Below are positions 28,270 through 37,277 of a DNA stretch of 38,845 nt, one piece after another. The DNA lies in assembly GCA_002352375.1 (NCBI GenBank), contig DEIH01000249.1, positions 1 to 38,845 of the forward strand, written 5' to 3'. Within the stretch, counting starts at the first letter, position 1, and every line of letters starts with the position of its first letter. Made by a program: the position numbers and the translations under genes. This DNA is from Spirochaeta sp. UBA2779. GTDB taxonomy: Bacteria > Spirochaetota > Spirochaetia > DSM-2461. Under the pieces are notes generated by a model. It saw only the letters and a program-made list of their open reading frames with translations. It made no database searches and had not been told where the DNA came from.

Positions 28270-29064
28270 ATGAGATTTAAGTCCATTTTCTGGCTCTTTA
28301 ACATTGTTGTCATTCTGGCCCTTGTTCTTATCTCTACAGCATCTTTTTTCATATTGGAAAAGGATTCTTCTGCTATGTTCTGGGGGAATATGTGGCTGCT
28401 TCTAGTCATCTTTGTCTTGATGATTGCTACTCTGGATTTCTATTTTATCCGTAATTGGCGCCTTTTCTCCTATCTTGAGCAGGAGGACTGGCCCGCATTG
28501 CTGGCATGGCTGGAAGAGCGGCTTTACGAGAAGGGTAAAATCAACCGCCCTTATGCTAATTTGCTTATAAATACAGCTCTGTCGGTTTCCAATCTTGATG
28601 CTGTAAAAAAATTAGAAACTGAAATCCGTCAGAGAAAGCCGGATTTAATGAAGTCTCTGGGTGTTTCTCTGGGTATACCAGTGCTTCTGGAGCAGAATTG
28701 GAGTGCCGTTGCAGACTATTTTAATCCACTGGCCGATGATCCGAAGACAAAACGGAGAGACTGGGCCCTCTGGTGCCGGGGGCTGGCCTCGGGAGGGAAA
28801 GGTATTGAAGATCTGATGATTCTTGTAAGCGGGAAGGATCCCTCCATACGGCTTCTTTCGCTGCAGATATTGGATCAGTACAATACTGAATTGACGGCCA
28901 ATCAGCTTGAAGAGCTGGAGAAGGAGAGAACCACTTTGCGAACTGTGCTGAAAGGGGCAGCGGGAGAGCGGGCTCTACAGCGGTCCAGAGAGGATCATCT
29001 GATGGCTGTAGTTCTTTCCTCCAGGGTTAATGAAGTCAAAAAAACTCTTCTTGGAACCACTTAA
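28270..29064 (+). CDS. Hypothetical membrane protein (2 N-terminal TM helices plus soluble helical domain)
   Basis: 264 aa; two hydrophobic stretches within the first 60 aa; SD AGGGG. Confidence 0.8.
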   Translation: MRFKSIFWLFNIVVILALVLISTASFFILEKDSSAMFWGNMWLLLVIFVLMIATLDFYFIRNWRLFSYLEQEDWPALLAWLEERLYEKGKINRPYANLLINTALSVSNLDAVKKLETEIRQRKPDLMKSLGVSLGIPVLLEQNWSAVADYFNPLADDPKTKRRDWALWCRGLASGGKGIEDLMILVSGKDPSIRLLSLQILDQYNTELTANQLEELEKERTTLRTVLKGAAGERALQRSREDHLMAVVLSSRVNEVKKTLLGTT

Positions 29065-29110
29065 GTGAACGGAATATAAAGAATCGGGTTGTTACCCGGG
29101 AAAAAATGAC

Positions 29111-29139
29111 TTGAAATATGTGATTTTGTCTTTTATACA
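29111..29139 (+). promoter_or_regulatory. Possible sigma70 promoter for the 29231 gene
   Basis: TTGAAA, 17-nt spacer, TATACA in an AT-rich intergenic region. Confidence 0.3.
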
Positions 29140-29230
29140 GTAATTGACAGAGGTTTTTTTAACTACCATTTTGATGAAGCCTCATCATGCCTATTTAAAA
29201 ATGTATCAATAAATAATTTGGAGCCTTTAA

Positions 29231-29815
29231 ATGAAAAATCTATTTCTCCTGCTGTTTTTATTCATAGGTACTTTTTCTCTCTTCTCTCAGACACCTGCAC
29301 CTCACTACGTAGTTATCGATGATGCTCAGGCTGAGATTGCAACACTCAACTCACGTAATCAGGAAATGGAACGGGCCAGTGCCGTCCTTGAGGATGAGAA
29401 TCGTAGTCTGGAAGCAGCTATTATCAGTAGCGAAGAATTCATTGTCCGTGCCGACGCTATAATCGATCAGCTCAGTTCGTCTGCCGGAGAGTTGTACACC
29501 GTCATACAGACCGTTCGCGATCCAGTTACCAAAAGAGATCTCCAGGAGAGGATTAATGCCAATCGCCAGTCCAGATACGACCTGGAAAATCGAAAGCGTC
29601 GGGAAAATGAGATAATCAACCGGGCTCGGGGACAGATTGAGAGTAATCGTAGGAAAATTGCTGTGAACAGGGTAAGAGGAAATGCCAATGATCAGCGTAA
29701 TGGGTTTCTTCAGGCCTGTATCGATCTTTCAATCAGTGAAAATCGGGATGTCGACAGTGTACTGGATAATGCTGACAGAGTAAGACAGGATGTTGAACGG
29801 CTGCTCTCACAATAG
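29231..29815 (+). CDS. Exported coiled-coil hypothetical protein
   Basis: Signal peptide MKNLFLLLFLFIGTFSLFS-Q; heptad-rich, R/N/E-rich helical body; SD GGAG. Confidence 0.8.
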   Translation: MKNLFLLLFLFIGTFSLFSQTPAPHYVVIDDAQAEIATLNSRNQEMERASAVLEDENRSLEAAIISSEEFIVRADAIIDQLSSSAGELYTVIQTVRDPVTKRDLQERINANRQSRYDLENRKRRENEIINRARGQIESNRRKIAVNRVRGNANDQRNGFLQACIDLSISENRDVDSVLDNADRVRQDVERLLSQ

Positions 29816-29890
29816 CGGAAGAATGAAGAAGAACCCCCTCTAGAACGCAAATACAGCCCTAATGTATACTCCCTTCATTGGAGTTTTGTT

Positions 29891-31393
29891 ATGAGTGTTC
29901 GAGTTCGTTATGCCCCGTCACCTACTGGATTGCAGCATATAGGCGGTATCAGAACCGCGTTGTTCAACTATTTTTTCGCCAGAGCTAATGGCGGATCTTT
30001 CATTTTGAGGATAGAAGATACCGATCGTGAGAGATCGACACCTGAAGCTCTTGAAGATTTGTATTCCACCCTTGAATGGCTGGGTATCAACTATGATGAA
30101 GGGCCGGGAAAAGACGGCGGTTTTGGTCCATATGTTCAATCCGAGAGAGAACAGCTTTACAAAGACAAGGCTGCAGAGCTCATCAGCTCAGGGAAGGCTT
30201 ATCCCTGTTTCTGCAGTTCTGAACGTCTTGATGTTATACGGGAAGAACAGAAAGCGGCTAAAAAGAGTATCGGCTACGACCGTTATTGCCGTGGACTTTC
30301 CCCGGATGAGGCCGATGCCAGAATAAAGGCCGGGGAAAAGTATGTTATCAGACTTAAAGTGCCTCTTGAAGGTAAAACGGTCTTTGATGATATTATTCTC
30401 GGGCAGACCGGCAGAAAAAACAAAGATATCAACCCCGATCCTGTCATCCTGAAAACAGACGGGTTTCCAACATACCACCTGGCCAATGTGATTGATGATC
30501 ATGCCATGGGCATAACACATATCATGCGGGCTCAGGAGTGGATTCCTTCCGGCCCCCTCCATGTGCTGATTTACGAGGCTTTCGGCTGGAAGCCTCCTGC
30601 ATACTGCCATCTGCCCATGGTGATGGGAAAGGACGGACAGAAGCTTTCCAAGAGGCACGGTTCCACGTCTGTTTCTGACTTTCGGAAAAACGGATATCTT
30701 CCCGAAGCTCTGGTGAACTTTGTATCTCTTCTGGGCTGGAGTTATGATGATTCCCGGGAATTTTTCAGTATGGAAGATCTCTGCAGTCTCTTCAGTCTTG
30801 AAAAAATCAACAAATCTCCTGCTGTTTTTGATTACAAAAAGCTTGACTGGTTTAACGGTCAGTATCTGAGGATGAAAGATCCTGAAGAACTTAAAGAGAT
30901 GCTTCTGCCCCTCCTTGCCGGTGAAGGACTGATCTCCAATCCTCCGTCATCAGGTGAACGGGGCATTTTTAACGGGGCTTTTAATATAATTCGGGAGAGA
31001 CTGAAACTGTTGAACGATGTGGTCCCTATGCTCCGCTTTCTTTTTACAGATCCGGGTATCGGTAATGCTGAGGATGCAATTCCCAAAAAGATGGATGCAT
31101 CAGAAGCAGCAAAGGCTCTTGTTCTCGGTGAGAAACTTCTTTTGGAAGCGGCCGATCCTCCGGATGCATCCGATGAGGATGCCTGTGAAGCCTGGGATGA
31201 AGTGATGGATGGCCGATTTCGGGAAAAGGCTGAAAAGGAAAAACTGAAAATTGGAGCTATGCTCCAGCCACTGCGCCTTGCGGTAACAGCGAGCAAAGTG
31301 AGTCCTCCTTTATTTCCGGCAATAAGGCTTCTGGGACTTGATGAATCTTTGAAGCGTATAAAAAGGTTAATAGACACTCTGAAGAACATGTAA
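29891..31393 (+). CDS. gltX: Glutamate--tRNA ligase
   Basis: RYAPSPTG.QHIGG, LRIEDTD, CFC...YDRYC Zn motif, PTYHLANVIDDH, KLSKR. Confidence 0.97.
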   Translation: MSVRVRYAPSPTGLQHIGGIRTALFNYFFARANGGSFILRIEDTDRERSTPEALEDLYSTLEWLGINYDEGPGKDGGFGPYVQSEREQLYKDKAAELISSGKAYPCFCSSERLDVIREEQKAAKKSIGYDRYCRGLSPDEADARIKAGEKYVIRLKVPLEGKTVFDDIILGQTGRKNKDINPDPVILKTDGFPTYHLANVIDDHAMGITHIMRAQEWIPSGPLHVLIYEAFGWKPPAYCHLPMVMGKDGQKLSKRHGSTSVSDFRKNGYLPEALVNFVSLLGWSYDDSREFFSMEDLCSLFSLEKINKSPAVFDYKKLDWFNGQYLRMKDPEELKEMLLPLLAGEGLISNPPSSGERGIFNGAFNIIRERLKLLNDVVPMLRFLFTDPGIGNAEDAIPKKMDASEAAKALVLGEKLLLEAADPPDASDEDACEAWDEVMDGRFREKAEKEKLKIGAMLQPLRLAVTASKVSPPLFPAIRLLGLDESLKRIKRLIDTLKNM

Positions 31394-31465
31394 CCTCTCA
31401 GCTTGTCTCTCATTGCTGTGTAGTGATAATTTACTTTCGAAAACTCAACTAAAGGAATACCCCAG

Positions 31466-32857
31466 ATGGCAAAAGAAAAAAAGGCTAAAGCCAATACCCT
31501 CAGTAACGATTATGGCGCCTCTATGGACAGGATTGTCTCACTTTGTAAGCGCCGGGGATTTGTATATCCATCCAGTGAAATCTACGGGGGATTATCCGCA
31601 ACCTGGGATTACGGTCCTTTAGGCGTGGAACTGAAAAAAAATATTCAGGAAGCCTGGTGGAAGGATATGGTTCGCCGGCACGATAACATCGTCGGAATTG
31701 ATGCTGCCATTATGATGCATCCCCGTACCTGGGAAGCTTCAGGACATGTGGAGAATTTTACAGATCCTCTGGTTGACTGTAAAAAGTGTAAAACTAGGTT
31801 TCGGGAAGATCATTTGGATGAGAAGGCCCTCGCAGACAAGGTTTGTCCGGAATGCGGCGGCGAACTTACCGAGCCCAGACAGTTCAACCTGATGTTCACT
31901 ACACATATGGGACCGGTGGAAGATTCTGGGAGTGTGATTTATCTCCGTCCGGAAACTGCTCAGGGAATCTTTGTCAATTTTAAAAATGTAGTTGACACTT
32001 CAAGAGTTCAGATTCCTTTTGGTATTGCTCAGGTGGGAAAGGCCTTTCGAAACGAGATAACAACCAAAAATTTTATTTTCCGTACCTGTGAATTTGAACA
32101 GATGGAAATGCAGTATTTTGTTAAACCCGGTAACGAAGATGAGGCGTTTGATGACTGGAAGTCCAAGAGAATGGCCTGGTATATAGATCGTCTGGGTATC
32201 AGTCCCCAGCGGCTTAGATTTACCGAACACGGTCCCGATGAGCTGGCCCACTATGCCAAGGTGGCTTTTGATATCGAATATGAATACCCCTTCGGCTGGC
32301 AGGAACTGGAAGGTGTCCATTCCCGGACGGATTATGATTTACGCAGGCATGGAGAGTTTTCCGGAAAGGAAATCAACTACCTCGACCCGGCGGATAACTC
32401 CCGATTTGTCCCCTATGTGATTGAAACTTCTTCCGGTCTTACCAGAAGTGTTCTTGTTACTCTGATGGATGCTTACCATGAAGAAAAAATCGGTGTGGAT
32501 AAAAAAGGGAACGATGATATCCGTACGGTTCTTCATTTCCATCCGGATATTGCTCCAGTGATGGTAGCTGTTCTACCCCTGGTAAAAAAGGACGGCCTTG
32601 CAGAGTTGGCGAAGAAAATAGAGAAAGATCTTCGCGAAGATTTTTCCACCTTTTACGACCAGGGAGGAGCCATCGGCAGACGTTACCGCCGGATGGATGA
32701 AATCGGCACTCCTTTCTGTGTTACTGTCGACTACGACAGTAAGGAAGATGAAACGGTTACCATGAGGTTCCGGGATTCCATGGAACAGATCCGAATTCCC
32801 ATTGATGGGCTTGCAGAGAGAATCCGCAGAGAAATCCGCTCGTATAAGAGAGTCTGA
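31466..32857 (+). CDS. glyQS: Glycine--tRNA ligase, homodimeric (alpha2) type
   Basis: EIYGG...WDYGPLG, LRPETAQGIF, FRNEI...FIFRT.EFEQME, PYVIETS.G, IGRRYRRMDEIGTPF. Confidence 0.96.
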   Translation: MAKEKKAKANTLSNDYGASMDRIVSLCKRRGFVYPSSEIYGGLSATWDYGPLGVELKKNIQEAWWKDMVRRHDNIVGIDAAIMMHPRTWEASGHVENFTDPLVDCKKCKTRFREDHLDEKALADKVCPECGGELTEPRQFNLMFTTHMGPVEDSGSVIYLRPETAQGIFVNFKNVVDTSRVQIPFGIAQVGKAFRNEITTKNFIFRTCEFEQMEMQYFVKPGNEDEAFDDWKSKRMAWYIDRLGISPQRLRFTEHGPDELAHYAKVAFDIEYEYPFGWQELEGVHSRTDYDLRRHGEFSGKEINYLDPADNSRFVPYVIETSSGLTRSVLVTLMDAYHEEKIGVDKKGNDDIRTVLHFHPDIAPVMVAVLPLVKKDGLAELAKKIEKDLREDFSTFYDQGGAIGRRYRRMDEIGTPFCVTVDYDSKEDETVTMRFRDSMEQIRIPIDGLAERIRREIRSYKRV

Positions 32858-32867
32858 TTCCCGGCCT

Positions 32868-33779
32868 GTGGGAAACCATCGGTTACCGTTTCCAGTAATG
32901 TTGCTTCTCATCTCGATTTTCATCGGGACTTGTGTCTCTGCGGATCCGCTTTTTATGTGGTACACCTCCCGAGGGGACACCGAAATGTACTTGCTGGGGT
33001 CTATTCATGTACTATCTGAGGATTTCTACCCTCTACCTGATTATATAGAAACCCTGGTACAGCGGGCGGATGTTCTGGTTCTCGAGGCAGATATCAGAGA
33101 GGAAAGCCTGAAAACTGCTGAAATAGCTCAGTTAACCATGAAGGCAGGTTTCTATCATGATGGCAGCAGTATTGAAGAGCATCTGGAAAAATCTCTGTAT
33201 CAATCTTTGTCTGCGGTAGTTAAAGAAGCCGGACTTTCTATGGAACAGGTTTCTCTGATGAAGCCCTGGCTGCTGTCTCTTACCTTGCAAACTCTTGAGC
33301 TTGAATCTTCGGGTTACAGGTCTTATTTCGGTATGGAGCGGGTAATCAGTAAGGCTAATACCTGGGATAAAGTTGTTGAACTGGAAGGTATTGAATATCA
33401 ATTGGAAATGGTTGCCGGTCTTGGAGAGGATGATCAGCTGGAATTGCTGAATTCCACGGTGGAGGAATCAGGACACATAAAGGAAAGCCTTGAAATCCTC
33501 ATTGATGCCTGGGAGCAGGGGAATCCGGGACTGATAGCCGAAGAGCTGGCACTTGAAGGTTTATCCGGAGGTATAGCCAAACGTCTCCTGCAGCAGCGGA
33601 ATGTCTCTATGGCAAAAAAAGCCGCTGAACTGCTGAACTCTGAAGTCGGAAAAAAGACGATACTTCTTGTTGCCGGAGCGGCGCATTTTATTGGAGAAAC
33701 AGGAATCCCCTTCCAGTTATCATCCCGGGGATTTGATGTAAGTCAGGTGGATAAGCGCGGTGAACTTATCCTGAAATAA
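32868..33779 (+). CDS. TraB/GumN (Tiki-like) family exported protein; start uncertain (32802, 32868 or 32898)
   Basis: YLLGSIH, LVLEAD, MKPWL, G.E, ELE..EYQL, RN..MA, GAAHF. Confidence 0.85.
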   Translation: MGNHRLPFPVMLLLISIFIGTCVSADPLFMWYTSRGDTEMYLLGSIHVLSEDFYPLPDYIETLVQRADVLVLEADIREESLKTAEIAQLTMKAGFYHDGSSIEEHLEKSLYQSLSAVVKEAGLSMEQVSLMKPWLLSLTLQTLELESSGYRSYFGMERVISKANTWDKVVELEGIEYQLEMVAGLGEDDQLELLNSTVEESGHIKESLEILIDAWEQGNPGLIAEELALEGLSGGIAKRLLQQRNVSMAKKAAELLNSEVGKKTILLVAGAAHFIGETGIPFQLSSRGFDVSQVDKRGELILK

Positions 33780-33793
33780 TAAGATCGCATGTA

Positions 33794-34404
33794 TCAGGCA
33801 TTGCGGTCGGTGAATTCCTGCTGGGCGACGGCCACTGCAACAGAAGCTCCTACCATAGGGTTGTTGCCCATTCCAATAAAAGCCATCATTTCCATATATG
33901 ACGGTACCGAGGAGGAACCGGCAAACTGGGCATCACTGTGCATCCGGCCCATAGATACGAATTTCTATCCGATAATTTTATCCAGACCCATTTCAAGATA
34001 GCGGAGACCATTGAGATTTGTGCCGTACATTGTTCCGATAACAGAGCGTAGTCCATTGCCAAGATCTTCCAAACCGGCACCGATCTGTAGTCCTCCTTCG
34101 GAATTCAGCGCTTCAAGAATTGTTTTACCCGGGAGTATTTCAGAGGCCATAGCCGCTGGGTGGGTCATGCCGGTGCAACCGATAGTTACTACTAGGGCTT
34201 CCTCAATAACTCCGTCCTTGATATTAAGGGTGAGTTTGCAGGCTCTCTGTTGAGAAGCACACCAGCCCAACCGTGGGCAATGTCTTTTATTTCGTTAATC
34301 TGGCGAACCTGATTCCACCCTTCCTCCTGGGGAATCGGCGCAGGCCCATGATTCGGTCCCCGAGCTACCCAGTGCATTTTTTCTATTTCAGGGGAATAAT
34401 TCAT
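33794..34404 (-). pseudogene. Degraded NifU/IscU-like scaffold gene fused to the 3' end of a GGGtGRT-family gene
   Basis: HGPAPIP...HG/[V]GWCA.QQ.ACKLTLN.K.G.IEEALV.TIGC.GMTH.AAMASEILPGKTILEALN; frameshift near 34270; in-frame TAG at 33965-33967; then in frame MGRMHSDAQFAGSSSVP...GMGNNPMVGA.VAVAV to TGA at 33794. Confidence 0.82.
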
Positions 34405-34552
34405 GACAGGCTTATTTATGGAAATAGTTAATGGCAGTAAATTATACGACAGATTTTTTCTGATGCCCTCCTTTCTACTTTATCAGGATCTTTTCCCCTG
34501 ATGGAAAATCAGGCTAGAATAGCCGCCATATTCTTATAATGAGGCAAAAAGA

Positions 34553-35788
34553 ATGAGCGATGCATTGGATGTACTTAAACAGCGAGGTTTTTTTAAACAG
34601 TGTACCGATGAACCGGGCTTGAGAGCTAAATTGGCTGAGGGTCCGCAGAAATTCTATATTGGGTTAGATCCTACTGGTCCTTCACTTCACATCGGTCATC
34701 TGGTGCCTATCTACGCCTCGGCCCATTTGCAGAAGGCCGGACATCAGCCCATAATTCTTATGGGGGGGGGGACTGCCCGGATTGGCGATCCTTCGGGAAA
34801 AACAGAAATGCGGCAGATGATAAGCTATGAACAGATTGATAAGAATATTGCCAGTCAGAAGCCTCAGATTGCCAAATTGATTGATTTTGACAGTACCAAT
34901 GCCCTTCTGGCGAACAACGCCGATTGGCTGGCCCCTCTGAATTACATTGATTTTCTCAGGGATATCGGCCGGCATTTCAGTGTTAACCGAATGCTTACCT
35001 TTGAAGCCTACAAGCAGAGGCTGGAAAAGGGACTCTCATTTATTGAGTTTAACTATCAACTTCTTCAGTCATACGATTTTCTGGAACTCTTTCGCCGGAA
35101 GAACTGCATCCTTCAAATCGGCGGGGACGATCAGTGGGGAAATATTGTTGCCGGTATGGAACTGATCCGCCGGGTGGAATCTGCGGAAACTTACGGTCTT
35201 ACTTTTCCTCTGGTTACCCGTTCTGATGGTAAAAAAATGGGGAAGACTGAGAAAGGGGCACTGTTCCTGGATCCCTCTCTAACGTCGGTGTACGACTTCT
35301 ATCAGTACTGGCGTAACGTTCCTGACGCTGATGTGGAACGTTTTTTTCTAACCTTCACCTTTCTCCCTGTAGAAGAATGCAGGAACTTGGGAGCGGCTGA
35401 GGGTTCTGATATCAATAAATCTAAAGAACGACTGGCGTATGAAGTAACCGCATTACTGCACGGAGAAAAAGAGGCTGTAAAAGCCAGGGATGGGGCAAAA
35501 GCCGCCTTTTCCGGAGGCGGAGATAAGACCGGCATACCTTCAGAAAAAATCGGAAAGACAGAGCTTGAAGCCGGTATCAATATTCTGGATTTGTTCTCCC
35601 GGACCAGTCTCTGCGCGTCTAAAAGTGAAGCCCGGCGTCTGGTTCTTCAGGGTGGAGCCAGAGTGAACAATGTAAAAATTGAAGATGTGGAAGCTTTTAT
35701 CGATATGACTGATGCGGTTGACGGAGAATTAATGCTGAAAGCCGGAAAAAAACGTTTTTTTAGAATTGAGCTTACAGATCGGGAATAA
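34553..35788 (+). CDS. tyrS: Tyrosine--tRNA ligase
   Basis: YIGLDPT..SLHIGH, IGDPSG, EFNYQLLQSYDF, QIGGDDQWGNI, KMGKT, C-terminal S4 domain (SKSEARRLV.QGG). Confidence 0.97.
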   Translation: MSDALDVLKQRGFFKQCTDEPGLRAKLAEGPQKFYIGLDPTGPSLHIGHLVPIYASAHLQKAGHQPIILMGGGTARIGDPSGKTEMRQMISYEQIDKNIASQKPQIAKLIDFDSTNALLANNADWLAPLNYIDFLRDIGRHFSVNRMLTFEAYKQRLEKGLSFIEFNYQLLQSYDFLELFRRKNCILQIGGDDQWGNIVAGMELIRRVESAETYGLTFPLVTRSDGKKMGKTEKGALFLDPSLTSVYDFYQYWRNVPDADVERFFLTFTFLPVEECRNLGAAEGSDINKSKERLAYEVTALLHGEKEAVKARDGAKAAFSGGGDKTGIPSEKIGKTELEAGINILDLFSRTSLCASKSEARRLVLQGGARVNNVKIEDVEAFIDMTDAVDGELMLKAGKKRFFRIELTDRE

Positions 35789-35910
35789 TACCACTGTACA
35801 TAGGACAGAAAAGGGGGGTAAGCGAAAATATTATTCTCAGCTTCACTGTATGATTATGCCGCTATGTGAATGTATGTAGTGTTCTATTTTTTCCCCCGAG
35901 CTGTTTTACA

Positions 35911-35940
35911 TTGACCCTCACCCCGGTGAAATCGTATAGT
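35911..35940 (+). promoter_or_regulatory. Putative sigma70 promoter of prs
   Basis: TTGACC, 18-nt spacer, TATAGT, 50 nt upstream of ATG 35991. Confidence 0.55.
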
Positions 35941-35990
35941 CTATCAAGCAAATTCTATAATAAATTCTATATCCGGAGCGACGATACCAG

Positions 35991-37277
35991 ATGAGTTTCG
36001 CCAAGCCCACATCCCTTGGAATTATTGCATGTCCCGGCGGAGAGTCTTTTGCCGAGGAGATTGTAGCCCATTTAAAAACCCTTTATCAGCGGCGTTTTGA
36101 AAAGAAGGCACAGTTTATCTCCAAGTTGTATGAAATGCCTGAAAAAGAAACATTTCGGAATCTCAATCTATCAGACGACCTGATGAGCCACAGGGTTTCG
36201 GCCATCGGCAGTCAGGACGGTTATCGGTTTCCCTCCTTTAAAATCCCCTGTAAGTTTACGCGTTTTGCCAACGGAGAAGTGAAAACCGAGATATTGAGAA
36301 CAGTGAGAGGACTTGATATTTTTATTGTTCAGGATGTGGCCAACGAAACTCCCGTCCGCCTGGGAGACGAGTACAGGTCTCTGTCGATAAACGATCATCT
36401 GATGACTCTGATAACTTCAGCTGATGCGGCATTACAAGCCGGTGCCCGGCGGGTTTCCATGGTTCTTCCCTCATATCCCTACAGCCGACAGCATAAAAAG
36501 AAGGGTAGGGAAGGTCTTACCGCGTCTATGCTGGGACGGATGTTTGAGAATATGGATGTTGCCCGGATAATCACTTTAGATATTCATTCCCGGGAAATTG
36601 AACATACCTTCAAGGGATTGAGCCTTGAGAATCTGCATGCCTCATATCAGATTCTCAGGACGGCCAGTTCGTTCCTCGATCTTGTGAATGAAGATCTGGT
36701 TGTTGTATCTCCAGATACAGGTGCAATCGACAGAAATAAATTCTATGCTGATAGCCTCAGAAAACCTCTTGCCCTGCTGTATAAAGAACGGGACTATTCC
36801 CGTACATCAAAAAATGCTGCGGATTCAAATATTACCAGTGCCCGTCTTCTGGGTGATGTTGAAAATAAAACGGTATTTATGGCCGATGATATGCTGGGCA
36901 CCGGTGGTACATTAATCAAAGCCATGAAGCTGATTAAGGAAATGGGTGCCCGGAAAATTGTCTGCAGTGTTTCTCTCCCCTTATTTTCCGGAGATGCCGC
37001 AACACATTTTGATAAGGCTCATGAAGCCGGTTGGTTTGATTATGTTATCGGCACCAATGCTGTAAAACTCCCCGACGAGATTCTTTCCCGACCCTGGTTC
37101 CGTACGGCGAATGTCTCCAACCTTTTTGCCCGGGCTATCAGTCGGGTTCATCATAATCGCTCAGTAGCACCGCTGTTGGATAATTCCAAAATGATACAGC
37201 GGATGCTGAGTAAGAAAACACGTATAGAAGGGCCGGATCTGTTTTCAGAAGCCGGTAGCGAGCCACCTGCAAAATGA
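35991..37277 (+). CDS. prs: Ribose-phosphate pyrophosphokinase (long form with N-terminal insertion)
   Basis: FANGEVK..I...VRG.DIFIVQ, PYSRQHKK..RE.LTA, TLDIHS, VVSPDTG, DDMLGTGGT. Confidence 0.93.
   Translation: MSFAKPTSLGIIACPGGESFAEEIVAHLKTLYQRRFEKKAQFISKLYEMPEKETFRNLNLSDDLMSHRVSAIGSQDGYRFPSFKIPCKFTRFANGEVKTEILRTVRGLDIFIVQDVANETPVRLGDEYRSLSINDHLMTLITSADAALQAGARRVSMVLPSYPYSRQHKKKGREGLTASMLGRMFENMDVARIITLDIHSREIEHTFKGLSLENLHASYQILRTASSFLDLVNEDLVVVSPDTGAIDRNKFYADSLRKPLALLYKERDYSRTSKNAADSNITSARLLGDVENKTVFMADDMLGTGGTLIKAMKLIKEMGARKIVCSVSLPLFSGDAATHFDKAHEAGWFDYVIGTNAVKLPDEILSRPWFRTANVSNLFARAISRVHHNRSVAPLLDNSKMIQRMLSKKTRIEGPDLFSEAGSEPPAK

Noticed and set aside
33965-33967. In-frame TAG as a pyrrolysine or readthrough codon
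   Set aside because: The same gene also has a frameshift and deletions, and TAG is one substitution from the expected Tyr codon, so decay is the simpler explanation
34405-34552. T-box riboswitch upstream of tyrS (also checked gltX and glyQS)
   Set aside because: Leaders are too short (about 70-150 nt) and lack the AAGGTGGNACC T-box motif; only a small CCTGAT/ATCAGG hairpin is present
35770-35905. Long imperfect inverted repeat or terminator after tyrS
   Set aside because: Pairing needs many gaps and has no clear stem plus U-tract, so it cannot be supported by eye
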